From Chiloscyllium plagiosum (taxonomy: Eukaryota), in the NCBI RefSeq assembly GCF_004010195.1, contig NC_057752.1, positions 10,637,631 to 10,701,630 of the forward strand: a DNA stretch of 64,000 nucleotides, written 5' to 3'. The notes under the pieces were generated by a model, which was given only the letters and a program-made list of their open reading frames with translations, did no database searches and was not told the DNA's origin. This document shows positions 60,205 through 64,000 of this stretch, in pieces (position 1 is the first letter of the stretch; the number at the start of each line of letters is the position of its first letter). The translations under genes were made by a program, and so were the position numbers.

Positions 60205-62910
60205 GTCATAGAGTCAGAGAGATGTACAGCACGGAAACAGACCCTTCCGTCCAACCCGTCCATGCCGACCAGATATCTCAACCCAATCTAGTCCCACCTG
60301 CCAGCACCCGGCCCATATCCCTCCAAACCCTTCCTATTCATATACCCATCCAAATGCCTCTTAAATGTTGCAATTGTACCAGCCTCCACCACATCCTCTG
60401 GAAGCTCATTCCATACACGTACGACCCTCTGCATGAAAAAGTTGCCCCTTACGTCTCTTTTNNNNNNNNNNNNNNNNNNNNNNNNNNNNNNNNNNNNNNN
60501 NNNNNNNNNNNNNNNNNNNNNNNNNNNNNNNNNNNNNNNNNNNNNNNNNNNNNNNNNNNNNNNNNNNNNNNNNNNNNNNNNNNNNNNNNNNNNNNNNNNN
60601 NNNNNNNNNNNNNNNNNNNNNNNNNNNNNNNNNNNNNNNNNNNNNNNNNNNNNNNNNNNNNNNNNNNNNNNNNNNNNNNNNNNNNNNNNNNNNNNNNNNN
60701 NNNNNNNNNNNNNNNNNNNNNNNNNNNNNNNNNNNNNNNNNNNNNNNNNNNNNNNNNNNNNNNNNNNNNNNNNNNNNNNNNNNNNNNNNNNNNNNNNNNN
60801 NNNNNNNNNNNNNNNNNNNNNNNNNNNNNNNNNNNNNNNNNNNNNNNNNNNNNNNNNNNNNNNNNNNNNNNNNNNNNNNNNNNNNNNNNNNNNNNNNNNN
60901 NNNNNNNNNNNNNNNNNNNNNNNNNNNNNNNNNNNNNNNNNNNNNNNNNNNNNNNNNNNNNNNNNNNNNNNNNNNNNNNNNNNNNNNNNNNNNNNNNNNN
61001 NNNNNNNNNNNNNNNNNNNNNNNNNNNNNNNNNNNNNNNNNNNNNNNNNNNNNNNNNNNNNNNNNNNNNNNNNNNNNNNNNNNNNNNNNNNNNNNNNNNN
61101 NNNNNNNNNNNNNNNNNNNNNNNNNNNNNNNNNNNNNNNNNNNNNNNNNNNNNNNNNNNNNNNNNNNNNNNNNNNNNNNNNCCACATAGATCACATCTAC
61201 TGCTCTGCCCTCATCAATCCTGTTTGTTACTTCTTCAAAAAACTCAATCAAGTTTGTGAGACATGATTTCCCACACACAAAGCCATGTTGACTATCCCTA
61301 ATCAGTCCTTGCCTTACCAAATACATGTACATCCTGTCCCTCAGGATTCCTTCCAACAACTTGCCCACCACCGAGGTCAGGCTCACTGGTCTATAGTTCC
61401 CTGGCTTGTCCTTACCACCCTTCTGAAACAGTGGCACCACGTTTGCCAACCTCCAGTCTTCCGGCAGCTCACCTGTGACTATCGATGATACAAATATCTC
61501 AGTAAGAGGCTCAGCAATCACTTCCCTAGCTTCCCACAGAGCTCTAGGGTTCACCTGATCAGGTCCTGGGGATTTATCCAATTTTTTGCATTTCAAGACA
61601 TCCAGCACTCCCTCCTCGGTGATATGGACATTTTTCAAGATGTCACCATCTATTTCCCTACATTCTATACCTTCCATGTTCTTTTCCACAGTAAATACTG
61701 ATGCAAAATACTCGTTTAGTATCTACCCCATTTTCGGAGGCTCCACACAAAGGACGCCTTGCTGATCTTTGAGGGGCCCTATTCTCTCCCTAGTTACCCT
61801 TTTGTCCTTATAGTATTTGTACAAACCCTTTGGATTCTCCTTAACTCTATTTGCCAAAGCTATCTCATGTCCCCTTTTTGCCCTCCTGATTTCCCTCTTA
61901 AGTATACTCCTACTGCCCTTATACTTTTCTAAGGATTCACTCGATCTATCCTGTCTATACCCGACATATGCTTCCTTCTTTTTCTTAACCAAACCCTCAA
62001 TTTCTTTAGTCATCCAGCATTCCCTATACCTACCAGCCTTTCCATTCACCCCAACAGGAATATACTTTCTCTGGACTCTTGTTATCTCATTTCTGAAGGC
62101 TTCCCATTTTCTAGCCGTCCCTTTATCTGCAAATGGTTGCCCCCAATCAGCTTTTGAAAGGTCTTGCCTAATACCGTCAAAATTGGCCTTTCTCCAATTT
62201 AGAACTTCAACTTTTAGATCTGCCCTATCCTTTCCCATCACTATTTTAAATCTAATAGAAATATGATCGCTGGCCCCAAAGTGCTCCCCCACTGACACCT
62301 CAGTCACCTGCCCTGCCTTATTTCCCAAGAGTAGGTCAAGTTTACATCTTCTCCAGTAGTACATCCACATACTGAATCAGAAAATTGTCTTGTATAAGAC
62401 AAATTCCTCTCCATCTAAACCTTTACACTATGGCAGTCCCAGTCAATGTTTGGAAAGTTAAAATCCCCTACCATAACCACCCTATTATTCTTACAGATAG
62501 CTGAGATCTCCTTACAAATTTGTTTCTCAATTTCCCTCTTACTATTGGGGGGTCTATAATACAATCCCAATAAGGTGATCGTCCCTTTCTTATTTCTCAG
62601 TTCCACCCAAATAACTTCCCTGGATATATTTCCGGGAATATCCTCCCTCAGTACAGCTGTAATACTATCCCTGATCAAAAACACCACTCCCCCATCTCTC
62701 TTGCCTCCCTTTCTGTCCTTCCTGTAATATTTGTATCCTGGAACATTAAGCTGCCAGTCCTATCTAAGCCTGAGGCATGTTTCTGTAATTGCTATGATAT
62801 CCTAGTCCCATGTTCTTAACCATGCCCTGAGTTCATCTGCCTTCCCCGTTCGGCCCCTTGCATTGAAATAAATGCAGTTTAATTTATCAGTCTGACCTTG
62901 TTCTCTGCTT
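60205..62910 (-). mobile_element. Relatively young CR1 LINE ORF2 (APE endonuclease plus RT plus 3' end), with an internal N gap
   Basis: 'GLYYRPPN...VGDFNFPNIDW', 'SDHISIRF', 'KSPGPD', 'WRLANVVPLF.KG...GNYRPVSLTSVVGKLLE', 'SQHGF..GKSCLTNLIEFFE' and the 3' 'NFFMQRVVRVWNELP'. Confidence 0.95.
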
Positions 62911-63287
62911 CCTTTGGAAATCCATATACACAATTCTTTTGACTCTGTACCTCATGATTTTCTCCAAGGACTCTATTAAATTTGTCTGGTACACACCGCC
63001 TTTTAACAAATCCATTTTAATTAAAGGGCTGGCTGCCTTAATTAACCTACAGCTTTCTAGGTGAGGAGCAGTTTTATTTTGTTTTGTAATCTAAAGCAAC
63101 CTAGTCACAAATTATGCTAGACTGGTTGAGTTACCGTTACCTAGCTTATCCCCTTTTGGGCATATGTGTTACATTGGTGACAACAACTGAAGATCTGTCA
63201 TGACCTGACTTACAGATATGTATACCTGATGGAGAACAAGAATGAATAAGCCTACCCATTGGGGTTTTGAATGAGTAGGGATCAAAG

Positions 63288-64000
63288 AAACATAGAAAAT
63301 AGGTGCAGCAGTTGGCCATTCAGCCCTTCAAACCTGCCCCACCATTCAATATGATCATGGCTGATCATGCAGTCTCAGTATCCCACTCCTGCTTTGTCCC
63401 CATACTGCTTGATCTCTTGTAACCACAAGGGCCACATCCAGCTCCCCCTTGAACATACCTAACAAACTGGCCCCAACTGCTTTCTGTGGGAGAGAATTCC
63501 ACAGGTTCACAGTTCTGAGTGAAGGAAGTCTTCTTCATCTCAGTCCTGAATGCCTTACTCCTTGCATCTTCCACTGTGACCCCTAGTTCTGGACTTTCCC
63601 AACATTGGGAACATTTTTCCTGCATCTAGCCTGTCCAGTCCCATCAGGATTTTATATGTTTCTGTGAGACCCCTCTTCATTCTTCTAAATTCCACCAAGT
63701 ACAAGCCCAGTCTATCCAGTCTTTCCTCATCTGTCAGTCCTTCCATCCCAGGAATCAGTCTGGTGAATCTTCGCTGGACTCCCTGAATAGCAAGAATATC
63801 CTTCCTCAGACTAAGAGACCAAAAGTGCACACAATACTCAAGAATTGGCCTCACCAAGGCCCTGTATAACTGCAGCAAGACATCCCTACTCCGATGCTCA
63901 AATCCTCTCACTATGAAGACCAGCACGCCATTAGCTTTCCACACTACCTGCAATACCTGCATGCCAACGTTCAATGACTGTTCCCCCATGACACCCAGGT
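63288..64000 (-). mobile_element. CR1 3' fragment, running off the window end
   Basis: ORF 63555..63989 reads 'LYRALVRPILEYCVHFWS...GVQRRFTRLIPG'. Confidence 0.92.

Noticed and set aside
4890..61689. ORFs containing long X runs (4890..6194, 32780..33443 set, 60222..61689 set)
   Set aside because: Artefacts of translating through N gaps. Only the L1 and CR1 portions are real.
33389..64000. Intronic miR-128, which is hosted by the paralogues R3HDM1 and ARPP21
   Set aside because: I did not find TCACAGTGAACCGGTCTC or its reverse complement by eye. Its absence is consistent with the R3HDM2 assignment.

Overview
Vertebrate nuclear DNA, most likely from a shark (elasmobranch), judged by HE1/V-SINE copies, abundant CR1/HER1-type LINEs and Penelope-like elements. 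It is not prokaryotic, so there is no CRISPR array or operon. The right half (33.4-64 kb) holds three minus-strand coding exons of an R3H-domain gene, best matching R3HDM2: 58512-58613, 42442-42672 and 34432-34555, all with GT-AG boundaries and compatible phases. Most of the rest is nested retroelements: CR1, L1/Tx1, Rex1/Babar, Penelope-like elements with GIY-YIG domains, a solo LTR, a Harbinger relic and SINEs. There are also two long GC-rich minisatellites (39-bp and 33-bp units) and three N gaps. The most interesting non-obvious signal is a set of minimal hammerhead-ribozyme cores (CUGANGA...GAA-palindrome-H) in the terminal repeats of several Penelope-like families. Several of these elements have inverted ends and nested insertions resolvable by target-site duplications (TSDs). 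I see no convincing wholly new biological system. Family assignments come from remembered motifs, not database searches, and TE boundaries without a TSD are approximate.
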